Assembly (NCBI GenBank): GCA_040880725.1
Contig: JBBDHV010000005.1
Location: 56,340 to 120,339, forward strand
DNA: 64,000 nt
From: Acidimicrobiia bacterium
Lineage (GTDB): Bacteria; Actinomycetota; Acidimicrobiia; Spongiisociales; ZC4RG35
Direction: 5' to 3'
Positions 16,789 through 24,920 of the stretch are shown piece after piece. Made by a program: the position numbers and the translations under genes. Position 1 is the stretch's first letter, and the number at the start of each line of letters is the position of its first letter. The notes under the pieces are model-generated. The model worked only from the letters and a program-made list of their open reading frames with translations, ran no database searches and had not been told where the DNA came from.

Positions 16789-17991
16789 TCAGCGCCGGAG
16801 GATCGATCCTGTCGAGGGAAACTCCACTGCGCTGTCCGCTTTGCGGAGGTGTTCGGCGAACGCGCCCAGATCGGCGCGTTCCCAGGGTTGGTAGATGTGT
16901 GGTGTGCCGGGCGGGTGGGCGGAGCCGGTTTCGGTGCGGAGAAAGTCGAGGATCTCTGCCCGCACCGGCTCGGGACACAGCGGAGACGACATGACCGATT
17001 CGATCGACTCCGTTCGCATCCCGGAGACATGTGCGTCGCCCTTGTCCTCGTGAAAGTGTGGGTTGCGAGTCTCCACCTGAAAGACGTCCACCGAGGACAC
17101 CTCTGGGTGCGGCGATGGTCCGACGCCGCCGAACTGCTCGAATAACTCGACAAACTCGTAGGGCTCCACCGCGAAGCCGCCGGCGAAACGAAGTCTCTTG
17201 GCCAGTTCCATCGTCATCGCGTGCTCACCTGCGTTCCCAGTCCGGATCACCTCTGTGCCAAAGCCGTTGTAATGGGAGAGCACCAGATTGAGGAACCGAT
17301 TGGTGACGTGGGTGGTCCGGCCCCACCGGTTGAAGACGAGCCGCCCCTCTTCGACCTTCGGCTTGGACTGCCATGAGATCCGCACCATCGCGTACGGGGT
17401 GGGCGCGAGGTGGAGGCCCGCCGCGAACACCTTCACATACTCGTGGACCGCCCCCGGAACGTAGTTGTCGGCATCGATGAAGCCCACGTGCGCTTTCTGA
17501 GCGAGCGCGGCCATGAGCATGCCGATCACCATCGCTTCTCCCTTCCCGCGCCGCACGAGATGGCCGTCGATCAGGTCGCCCATCCCCGAGCTGCCGAGCG
17601 CATCGGCCAGGCCCGGATCGTCCTGATGGACGGCCACTGCCGGACGATCTGCCACACGACAGAACCGATCCAGTAGTTCGAGTTCGAGGCCGAACCGGTC
17701 GACGGGGGCCCGTTCGGATGCGGAGACCAGCACGATCAGGCAGTCATGGGGAATTCCCGACAGCACGCCTTCGATGACCTTGCGGCGTTCGTTCTTGGTG
17801 GGCACGACGATGGCCATGTGCTGTTCGACGGCATGAATCGCAGCAGGCGGAACGAGGTTGACGAGTCTGCCGTCCACGGTGGTCGCGTCGGGGTCGCCAT
17901 CGAGGCCGGAGTCGAGTTCGATGACTTGGGTGGTCTCGTGGATGCGGACAGCGCCGAACCGCTCGTGGCGGTGGGGGTACTCGATCCGCAT
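16789..17991 (-). CDS. mpgS: mannosyl-3-phosphoglycerate synthase (GT55)
   Basis: ATG 17991 (MRIEYPHRHERFGAVRIHETTQVIELDSG). 'IVVPTKNE', 'HQDDPGLADAL', 'RRGKGEAM', 'GFIDADNYVPGAVHEYVK', 'TGNAGEHAMTMELA' and 'FQVETRNPHFHEDKGDAHV' align block by block with Pyrococcus MpgS as I recall it. Confidence 0.9.
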   Translation of the reverse strand: MRIEYPHRHERFGAVRIHETTQVIELDSGLDGDPDATTVDGRLVNLVPPAAIHAVEQHMAIVVPTKNERRKVIEGVLSGIPHDCLIVLVSASERAPVDRFGLELELLDRFCRVADRPAVAVHQDDPGLADALGSSGMGDLIDGHLVRRGKGEAMVIGMLMAALAQKAHVGFIDADNYVPGAVHEYVKVFAAGLHLAPTPYAMVRISWQSKPKVEEGRLVFNRWGRTTHVTNRFLNLVLSHYNGFGTEVIRTGNAGEHAMTMELAKRLRFAGGFAVEPYEFVELFEQFGGVGPSPHPEVSSVDVFQVETRNPHFHEDKGDAHVSGMRTESIESVMSSPLCPEPVRAEILDFLRTETGSAHPPGTPHIYQPWERADLGAFAEHLRKADSAVEFPSTGSILRR

Positions 17992-18044
17992 CGTCGGGCG
18001 AGGGTATCGGAGAAGTGTCGGTACCGGGCGATACAGTCGGCGAC

Positions 18045-19175
18045 GTGAAGGCGCTGCACACTTCGGACTGGCACGTGGGGCGAGCGATACGGGGCCGCAG
18101 CCGGGCTGGGGAGCATCGTGAGGTGCTCGCCGAGATCGTCGAGCAGGCGTCCTCGCAGTCGGTGGATCTGGTGTTGGTGGCGGGTGACCTGTTCGACTCC
18201 GCGGCACCGCCGCCGGAGTCCGAGAGCATCGTCTTCCGGGCGCTTCTCGATCTCGCGGACGTCGCGCCGGTGGTCGTCGTGGCAGGCAACCACGACAATC
18301 CACGGCGATTCGAGGCTTTGCAGCCGCTGCTGGCACTGGGCAGGGTGACGGCGATCTCTGCCCTCCGCCCACCTGACGACGGGGGAGTGCTCGACTTCGC
18401 ATCCATCGGCACGCGGGTCGTGCCGATTCCCTGGACGAGCCAGCGGGCCATCGTTTCCGCCGACGATCTCATCGGACGGGACCGAGACGACAACGTGGTG
18501 GCGTACATCGACAGGATGCGACGGGTGATCGAGTCGCTGACCGCCGACCTCACCACCGGCACCGTGAATCTCGTGGTCGCCCACCTGATGATGCATGTGG
18601 AACCGAAGATGACCGCAGGCAGCGAACGTGTGGCGCACACCGTCTTCGAATACTCGCTCCCGGCCCAGGCGTTTCCGGGGTCCCTCAGCTATGTGGCGCT
18701 CGGCCATCTCCATCGTCCGCAACGGGTTCCCACGGCCGCACCGGTCCGCTACTCGGGGTCCCCGCTGCAACTCGACTTCGGCGAGGCCGGGGAGCAGAAG
18801 TCGACGGTGTTGGTGGAGGCCGAGCCGGGTCGGCCGGCGAAGCTCACCGAACTGCCCCTGATCGGTGGCACTCGGCTCGCGGTGCTGCGCGGGACGTTGC
18901 CACAGGTCTTCGAACAGGCCGAGGCGATGGGGGAGGCACACATCCGCGTCGTGCTCGAAGAAACCCCTCGCGTCGGGCTCGCCGAAGAGGTGCGGCAACG
19001 GATACCGGGAGCGGTCGATGTGGTCCTCGAGCGGACACAGGATTCGGCAACGCCTCCCGAACGGGCGCGCCTCGGTCGCCCGCCCCGGGAGCTCTTTGTC
19101 GAATACCTCGAACACCAGCAGGCCGACGTCGGGCTGGTGACGATCTTCGACGAGTTGTTCGACGAGGTGTCATGA
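18045..19175 (+). CDS. sbcD: Mre11/SbcD-family DNA repair nuclease
   Basis: Phosphoesterase motifs 'HTSDWHVG', 'VAGDLFD', 'AGNHD' and 'ALGHLHRPQ'. GTG 18045 (VKALHTSDWH) is preferred. The track start is GTG 18015. Confidence 0.9.
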   Translation: MKALHTSDWHVGRAIRGRSRAGEHREVLAEIVEQASSQSVDLVLVAGDLFDSAAPPPESESIVFRALLDLADVAPVVVVAGNHDNPRRFEALQPLLALGRVTAISALRPPDDGGVLDFASIGTRVVPIPWTSQRAIVSADDLIGRDRDDNVVAYIDRMRRVIESLTADLTTGTVNLVVAHLMMHVEPKMTAGSERVAHTVFEYSLPAQAFPGSLSYVALGHLHRPQRVPTAAPVRYSGSPLQLDFGEAGEQKSTVLVEAEPGRPAKLTELPLIGGTRLAVLRGTLPQVFEQAEAMGEAHIRVVLEETPRVGLAEEVRQRIPGAVDVVLERTQDSATPPERARLGRPPRELFVEYLEHQQADVGLVTIFDELFDEVS

Positions 19176-21535
19176 GACCGGTCGCTCTTCACCTTGCCGG
19201 GTTCACTGCCTATCGAGCACCGACGGACATCGACTTCCAGGGCGCGGACCTCTTTGCGTTGACCGGCCCGACCGGATCGGGAAAATCGAGCATCATCGAC
19301 GCCATCTGCTTCGCGCTGTACGGCTCGATACCCCGGCTGACCGGCGTCGCTCCTGTCGTGTCGCTCGGAAAGCCCGAAGCGCGGATTCGGCTGGTGTTCG
19401 AGGTCGAGGGTGAGACGTGGACGGTGAGTCGACTCATCGTGCGACATGGGGAGGGCGCCTCCCAGCGGGATGTCCGCCTGGAAGGCCCGGGCGTGGCGCT
19501 GGAGGGCGTGCGCGAGGTCGATGCCCGCATCGTGCGGTTGCTCGGCCTCGGATTTGATCACTTCACGCGGACCGTCGTGTTGCCGCAGGGTCGGTTCGCG
19601 GCATTCCTCGAAGACGGTCCCGCCGCCCGGGAGAAGCTGCTCAAGCAGTTGCTGGACCTCGGTGTGTACGAGGAAATGCGCAAGCGCGGCGCGTCCCACG
19701 CGACCCGGCTGGAAGGTGAGATCGCCGTCATCGACGCGCAGTGCCACGACCTCCTGGTCGACGAGGACCAGGTCATCCAAGCCCAGCATCGGCTCGATCG
19801 ACTCGTGTCACTCCGGGACTTCGTCGCCGAGGCTGCGGCCACGCAGGAGAAGGCGGCCACGGCATTGCGAGAGGCTCGGGAGGCGAGAGAACGGGTCGTC
19901 GTGGACCTGGGACGGTTGGCGGCGGTCAAGGCGCCCGTGGGTCTTGACGACATGAGCGCGGCGTTGGCTGCAGCTCGGTCAGGGGTCGACGACGCTCGGG
20001 AGAAGCTGGCAGTAGCACAGGCTGCGGCAGTCGAGATCGACGCACGGCGGGCCGAGCTCGGTGAGCTGTCCGCGCTGGACGGGGCGATCGCGATCCACAC
20101 TCGCATCGCCGAACTGACCGAGCGTCTCGCCCGCGGCAGCAAGCTGGTCGAAGAGGCCAAAGCGGTCACCCAGAAGACCCTCGACGAATTCGAGGCGGCC
20201 GTGGCGCGGGTGGACGACTCCGCGGCCTCGCTGGGAGTCCTCGAGCAGGCCCACGCAGCCCACGCGATTCGGGCGCACCTCCAGGACGGCGACGAATGTC
20301 CCGTCTGTCAGCGTTTGATCAATGCAGTGCCTGGATCCGAACCTCCGGCGGATCTCGAGGCGGCCAGGGACACCTTGGCCAAGGCGACCGCTGCCCGCGA
20401 CGCCGTGAATCTCCGGCTCGCGGAGTCCCGGGCGGAGCTCGCCCGGCTCGAAGGACACCTCGAACAGCGCACCGAGGAGCTGGCGGATGCTCGGAGTGCC
20501 GCCGGCGGCCAACTCTCGCTCGACGACGCACGACAACGTCGGGAGGCAGCCGGGGCGCTCGACACAGAGGTTGGGTCTGCCCGGGCGGCGCTGACGGAGG
20601 CGGGAGCCCGGCACGACCGCGCGGTCGCCGCCCTGGAGGCCGCAGAGAAGGCTGGGGCGGCGGCTTCCGAGACGCTCGACCGGGCGCGTGACACCCTCGC
20701 GGGGCTCGAACCCCCGGTTGCACAGCGCGCTCATCCCGCAGCGGACTGGGCGACGCTGCTGGAGTGGTGCAAGGAGCGGCAAGCCGCCTTCGATGCCCGC
20801 CGGGTCGAACTCGACGAGGAAGCGAACCGTCGTGAGTCGGAGGTCGGCGAGGCGCGCGCCGCGATCGAAGCGGCCGCGGCAGAGGCCGGGCTTTCCGAGG
20901 TTGGTGACGATGTGAAGGTCTCGGTGGCCGCCGCCATCGCCAAGACGGAGGCGACCCTCCAGAGGTTGCAGGCAGACCTCGAAAAGCGTCGGGATCTCGA
21001 GAGCCGACGCAAGACACTCGATGGAGAGCGACTGCGGTATGACGAGACGGCCAAGCTCCTGCGCTCGAACCGGTTCCAGCAGTGGATGATCGAAGAAGCG
21101 CTCGTCGGTCTCGTCGACTTCGCAAACGCCGAGTTGACCAAGCTCGCGGGTGGGGCGTATTCGCTGGCCGTCGTGAGCGGGGACTTCGAGGTGATCGATC
21201 ACCGAAACGCCGAGGCGAGACGGTCGGTGAAGACACTGTCGGGTGGGGAGACGTTTCTCGTCTCGTTGGCGCTCGCGTTGGCCCTCGCCGAACGGGTGGT
21301 CGCGACGTCGGCGATCGGCACCGCCCGCATCGAGTCCATGTTCCTCGACGAGGGCTTCGGCACGCTGGACTCCGAGACACTCGACGTTGTCGCGTCGGTC
21401 GTCACCGAACTCGGTTCACGTGACCGGATGATCGGACTCGTCACACACGTTCGGGAACTGGCCGACCAGATTCCCACTCGATTCGAGGTGCGCAAGTTGC
21501 CCGACGGGGCCACGGTCACACGGGTGGACGCGTGA
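19172..21535 (+). CDS. sbcC: Rad50/SbcC-family SMC-like ATPase
   Basis: Walker A 'GPTGSGKSS'. Long Ala/Glu/Arg coiled coil with a central zinc hook 'CPVC' (nt 20297-20308). Signature 'LSGGETFLVSLAL', Walker B 'MFLDEGFGTLD', H-loop 'LVTHV'. ATGA overlap with sbcD. Confidence 0.9.
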   Translation: MRPVALHLAGFTAYRAPTDIDFQGADLFALTGPTGSGKSSIIDAICFALYGSIPRLTGVAPVVSLGKPEARIRLVFEVEGETWTVSRLIVRHGEGASQRDVRLEGPGVALEGVREVDARIVRLLGLGFDHFTRTVVLPQGRFAAFLEDGPAAREKLLKQLLDLGVYEEMRKRGASHATRLEGEIAVIDAQCHDLLVDEDQVIQAQHRLDRLVSLRDFVAEAAATQEKAATALREAREARERVVVDLGRLAAVKAPVGLDDMSAALAAARSGVDDAREKLAVAQAAAVEIDARRAELGELSALDGAIAIHTRIAELTERLARGSKLVEEAKAVTQKTLDEFEAAVARVDDSAASLGVLEQAHAAHAIRAHLQDGDECPVCQRLINAVPGSEPPADLEAARDTLAKATAARDAVNLRLAESRAELARLEGHLEQRTEELADARSAAGGQLSLDDARQRREAAGALDTEVGSARAALTEAGARHDRAVAALEAAEKAGAAASETLDRARDTLAGLEPPVAQRAHPAADWATLLEWCKERQAAFDARRVELDEEANRRESEVGEARAAIEAAAAEAGLSEVGDDVKVSVAAAIAKTEATLQRLQADLEKRRDLESRRKTLDGERLRYDETAKLLRSNRFQQWMIEEALVGLVDFANAELTKLAGGAYSLAVVSGDFEVIDHRNAEARRSVKTLSGGETFLVSLALALALAERVVATSAIGTARIESMFLDEGFGTLDSETLDVVASVVTELGSRDRMIGLVTHVRELADQIPTRFEVRKLPDGATVTRVDA

Positions 21536-22437
21536 GGTTCTCGGTCGAGACATGGGCGCCGGAGTACGGGTCGCCCATGGAGGCCGAGATGGAAGAGTCG
21601 ACGGTCACGGTCGACGTCGCGGTCGAAGTCCCGAAGGACGCGTGGCGGCCTCTCGAAGTCGACGCTGCGCCGTCGCCCGACGTCGTGTTCGTGGATGGAG
21701 TGCGCCGGATCGACGCCAACGTGTGGATCGACGACGGGAGCGATCCGCCCACGTATGGAGTGTGCGCCACCTACGCCGCGGGGGCGGTGCGGTGCAATGG
21801 GTCCGCAGACGTCGCGGCAGTAATGGTGGAACGCAGCCTGTTCACGGCGGCGCGGTCGGCGGAATCGATCGACACCCGGCACGGCAGCTACGGCGTGGTG
21901 TCAACCGTGGGCTCGTCCCCCGAGGATTTGTGGATCGGCATCCAGAAGCGCATGGGAATCCTCGAAGGACGCGTGTCGGCCGGTCTCGAGGGAACCGGGA
22001 TGATCGTCGTCGACGGGCCACTGTCCCATCATCAACAGGTCGAGGGTGCGGTGGGCTACGTGAAGAGTCAGCATGTCCATCACCTCCCACCCGAGGTGCG
22101 GGGAATCCTCCGGGAGATTCCGGTGGGTCGGCGGACCCCGGTGTTCATGGTCGGGGGAGCCAGGCAGGTCTTCTCGTGGTATCTGCGTTTGTCCGCGCTG
22201 GGCGGCAGCATGTCGGGGGTGGTGCGCTGTGAGGTCGAGGCGGCAGGAACCGCCGCAGAGGCAGTGCACATCGCCGATCGGGTGACCGCCACGCTGCCCC
22301 GATTCGCGTCCCACGAGCACAAGGACCCGCGCGCTCCCCAAAACCTCTACCCCATCGGCGGACTCGAACGCGAACTGCGCCGCAGGCTCGGTGACCCGAT
22401 GCTGATGTACCGCGCCCTCCGCCGCGCCGCCGCCTGA
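21532..22437 (+). CDS. NurA-like nuclease candidate (RNase-H-fold), third gene of the mre11-rad50 operon
   Basis: GTGA overlap with sbcC. Has 'VVFVDGVRRID', 'MIVVDGPL', 'VGYVKSQH', 'FSWYLRL' and C-terminal 'LYPIGGLERELRR' in the order of NurA motifs (DGS.., DG.L, vsK.., fY.r.., YP..L). Assigned from motif pattern only. Confidence 0.45.
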   Translation: MRFSVETWAPEYGSPMEAEMEESTVTVDVAVEVPKDAWRPLEVDAAPSPDVVFVDGVRRIDANVWIDDGSDPPTYGVCATYAAGAVRCNGSADVAAVMVERSLFTAARSAESIDTRHGSYGVVSTVGSSPEDLWIGIQKRMGILEGRVSAGLEGTGMIVVDGPLSHHQQVEGAVGYVKSQHVHHLPPEVRGILREIPVGRRTPVFMVGGARQVFSWYLRLSALGGSMSGVVRCEVEAAGTAAEAVHIADRVTATLPRFASHEHKDPRAPQNLYPIGGLERELRRRLGDPMLMYRALRRAAA

Positions 22438-22449
22438 CCCCACCGCCCC

Positions 22450-22497
22450 GCGTACCCTGGGTTCGCAGGGACACTCCAGGTCCCTGGGAGCCCACGG
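22450..22497 (+). repeat. copy C of the ACCCTGGGTTC repeat family (left inverted repeat flanking alkB)
   Basis: GCGTACCCTGGGTTCGCAGGGACACTCCAGGTCCCTGGGAGCCCACGG lies 13 nt after the nurA-like stop. 36 of 48 positions, and 20 of the first 21, match the reverse complement of 23283-23330. Confidence 0.7.
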
Positions 22498-22575
22498 TTG
22501 GCCGCCCTTTCGACGCATGGGTACGCGACGACGCTCGGGAATGGAGATCACCCGTGCAGGCGCCGATCGTTCGGT

Positions 22576-23193
22576 TCAGTCGTATGCGTGACGAAACATC
22601 ACGGCGATGCGCGGTCCCGCGTGCGCGACCTTGGGAACGCTGTGGTCGTACGTGCGCTGACACGAACCACCCATCACGATGAGGTCTCCCCGGCCGGCTG
22701 CCCAGCCGATGCTGTTGCCCCCTCCCTTGGGTCGCACCCGAAACGGTCTCGGCTCTCCGAGGGACACGATTGCCACGGTGGCGCTTGGCCGCTCGCGTGC
22801 GATCCGGTCGCCATGCCAGGCGACACTGTCCTGTCCATCCCTGTACAGGTTGCAGGTGATCCGATCGAGCATCGCTCCGTAGCGGTGGCTGAGCGCCGCA
22901 GACATGTCCCGCAGCACGGTGAGGCCGGCGGGGACACCTTCGGAGCCGAACGATGCGACCTGGCGGGGACGGGGAACTTCTTCTCCTCGTATCTTCTCGG
23001 TGCCGTCGTGCCAGTCGACGCCGTCGAGCATGGCGAGGAAGAGGCCGTCGGGCCGCGCTACCCAACCCGGTTGGCGATCGATCCACGCACCATGGTCGAG
23101 TTCGGTGCGTGTCATGTGCTCGAAACCGGTGTCGAACGGGTCGGCCGATGCGGCGAGATCGAGGGTTCCCTGGAAGGTCAAATCCGCTGCCAT
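22576..23193 (-). CDS. alkB: alpha-ketoglutarate/Fe(II)-dependent dioxygenase AlkB (alkylation repair)
   Basis: Has 'NLYRDGQDSVAWHGDRIA' (HxD), 'GDLIVMGG', 'YDHSVPK' and 'RIAVMFR'. ATG 23193 (MAADLTF) is preferred. The upstream ATG 23286 lies inside repeat copy D. Confidence 0.85.
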   Translation of the reverse strand: MAADLTFQGTLDLAASADPFDTGFEHMTRTELDHGAWIDRQPGWVARPDGLFLAMLDGVDWHDGTEKIRGEEVPRPRQVASFGSEGVPAGLTVLRDMSAALSHRYGAMLDRITCNLYRDGQDSVAWHGDRIARERPSATVAIVSLGEPRPFRVRPKGGGNSIGWAAGRGDLIVMGGSCQRTYDHSVPKVAHAGPRIAVMFRHAYD

Positions 23194-23282
23194 GATCGCA
23201 GAGTAGTCGAACACACGTTCTGCATGGCAGAGCGCGCTCGCCCGGGCGACTCTCGCCCACTCCCACCGGTGTCCCGGGTGAA

Positions 23283-23330
23283 CCATGGGCTCTCAGGGCC
23301 ATCCCAGAGCCCTGGGAACCCAGGGTACGC
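23283..23330 (-). repeat. copy D of the ACCCTGGGTTC repeat family (right inverted repeat flanking alkB)
   Basis: The reverse complement reads GCGTACCCTGGGTTCCCAGGGCTCTGGGATGGCCCTGAGAGCCCATGG. It lies 20 nt downstream of the EamA stop (23350) in sense orientation. Confidence 0.7.
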
Positions 23331-23349
23331 CAGGGTGTCGGTCGGTCGG

Positions 23350-24243
23350 TCAGGACTCGCGGCGGGAGGCGAGGAAGGCGCCGGCGATGACGAGCAGCGC
23401 GCCGACGATCGCCAGGGCGCTGACGCGGTCGCTGCGGAAGCCGACTCCGAGACCGAGGGAGACGACCGGGATCAGGTAGGTGATGAACGAGGCGCGCGGA
23501 CCCCCCACGCGGCCGACGAGGGTCGCCATGAGGACGAAGGCCAGGCCGGTGCCTGCCACCCCCAGCACGGCGTTTGCCGCGGCTGCCGCCACCGTGAAAG
23601 TGGAGTCGGCGAGGCCCACGACGCCGAACGGCGTGGTCCAGACCGTGGCGAGGAGGAGCATCCGCGCCATCACCGGGACGGATCCGTACTTCTGCTGGAC
23701 CGGTCCGGCGATGTTGGTGGCCACTCCGTACGAGAGAGTTGCGAACAGGACCATCGTGACGCCGATGAATGCACTCGGCTCACCGGCTCCCGACGACAGG
23801 CTCACAGCGGCGATGCCGAGGAAGCCCACGGCGAGCCCGATCCGCTGCGGTCCCCGGCTGGGGCGACCGAAGAACAGGCCGCCGATGATCGCCGTGAAGA
23901 TCGGCATCGCCCCGTTCAGCATCCCTGTGACCGACGAGTTGATGTACTGCTGGGCGAGGGGAAACAACGTGAACGGAAGCGCCACCCAGACAATCGAGAG
24001 CACGAGCACCTTTCTGCTGTCGGCCGGCTCGAACCGCACCCGGGCGGACGGCAATGCGATGAGTGCGAGCGCGCCGAGTCCGACCCGCAGCCAGGTGATC
24101 AGTCCCGGGTGGAACGAGTCGAGGGCGATGTCGATGAACAGGAACGATGCGCCCCAGATGAACGAGACCGCCAGGAACAGTCCCCAGTCCTTGGGCTCGA
24201 ATGCTTCGCGGTCGTTGTGGACCGCGGTCGCCGGAAGGCTCAT
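23350..24243 (-). CDS. EamA/DMT-family transporter
   Basis: ATG 24243 (MSLPATAVHND..). 297 aa with 10 TM-like segments. Has 'FIWGASFLFI' and a duplicated EamA architecture. ATGA overlap with the upstream PNPOx gene. Confidence 0.85.
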   Translation of the reverse strand: MSLPATAVHNDREAFEPKDWGLFLAVSFIWGASFLFIDIALDSFHPGLITWLRVGLGALALIALPSARVRFEPADSRKVLVLSIVWVALPFTLFPLAQQYINSSVTGMLNGAMPIFTAIIGGLFFGRPSRGPQRIGLAVGFLGIAAVSLSSGAGEPSAFIGVTMVLFATLSYGVATNIAGPVQQKYGSVPVMARMLLLATVWTTPFGVVGLADSTFTVAAAAANAVLGVAGTGLAFVLMATLVGRVGGPRASFITYLIPVVSLGLGVGFRSDRVSALAIVGALLVIAGAFLASRRES

Positions 24244-24893
24244 CGGGTCATCTCTGTCACATGCCGAGGAACGTCGAGGCCCGGCGAGTTCTTCGGGTCG
24301 GCAAGGGGATCGGAGTATCCGGTGCGGGTGGGGAGTACGCCCGCCCAGATGTCGAGGGCGTAGTCCTCGGGTTCGTCGTTGGGCCCGCCGGTCCGTACTT
24401 TCACCGACGCCTCGTCGATCGGGATCGAGAACATCGCCGTGCCGCGGACTTCCTTGTCCGTCATCGGACGGAGATGCGGTCGTCGGCCCGGCACCACCTT
24501 GTCCACATATGCGTCGAGGATGCGCCGTCGCTCGTCGACCGACGTCATGACCTCGGTGTCGCCGAACACGACCACCGACCGGTAGTTGGCCGAGTGGTGG
24601 AACGCCGAGCGTGCCAGCACCAGTCCGTCGATGAGAGTGATCGTGACGCACACGGGAACTCCTCGTTTCGCGGTGCGGAAGAGGCGCGTTGCGGGAGAGC
24701 CGTGGAGGTAGAGACGGTCATCGATGCGGGCGTGGAGTATCGGTATGACGACGGGGCGGTCGTTGTCCACCAGACCGACATGGGCGACTGTCGCCTCGTC
24801 GATGATCGAGTACGCCAGGTCCCGATCGTACGAACCGCGCGCGGCGTAGCGGACGGTGGTGTGGTCGGTCCGGGAGAGTGGCGGGGGCGTCAT
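24240..24893 (-). CDS. pyridoxamine 5'-phosphate oxidase-fold (FMN-binding split barrel) family protein
   Basis: ATG 24893 (MTPPPLSRTDHTTVRYAARGSYDR..). Has 'VAHVGLVDNDRPVVIPILHARIDDRLYLHGS' and 'SVVVFG', typical of the PNPOx-like family. Confidence 0.75.
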   Translation of the reverse strand: MTPPPLSRTDHTTVRYAARGSYDRDLAYSIIDEATVAHVGLVDNDRPVVIPILHARIDDRLYLHGSPATRLFRTAKRGVPVCVTITLIDGLVLARSAFHHSANYRSVVVFGDTEVMTSVDERRRILDAYVDKVVPGRRPHLRPMTDKEVRGTAMFSIPIDEASVKVRTGGPNDEPEDYALDIWAGVLPTRTGYSDPLADPKNSPGLDVPRHVTEMTR

Positions 24894-24920
24894 GAGTGAG
24901 TATGATGTATCAGTACAACA

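Noticed and set aside
23194-23286. Upstream ATG (23286) giving a 236-aa AlkB.
   Set aside because: The ATG lies within repeat copy D (CCATGG, versus CCACGG in copy C). The extra 31 residues have no AlkB counterpart. ATG 23193 gives a typical ~205-aa AlkB. The call remains uncertain.
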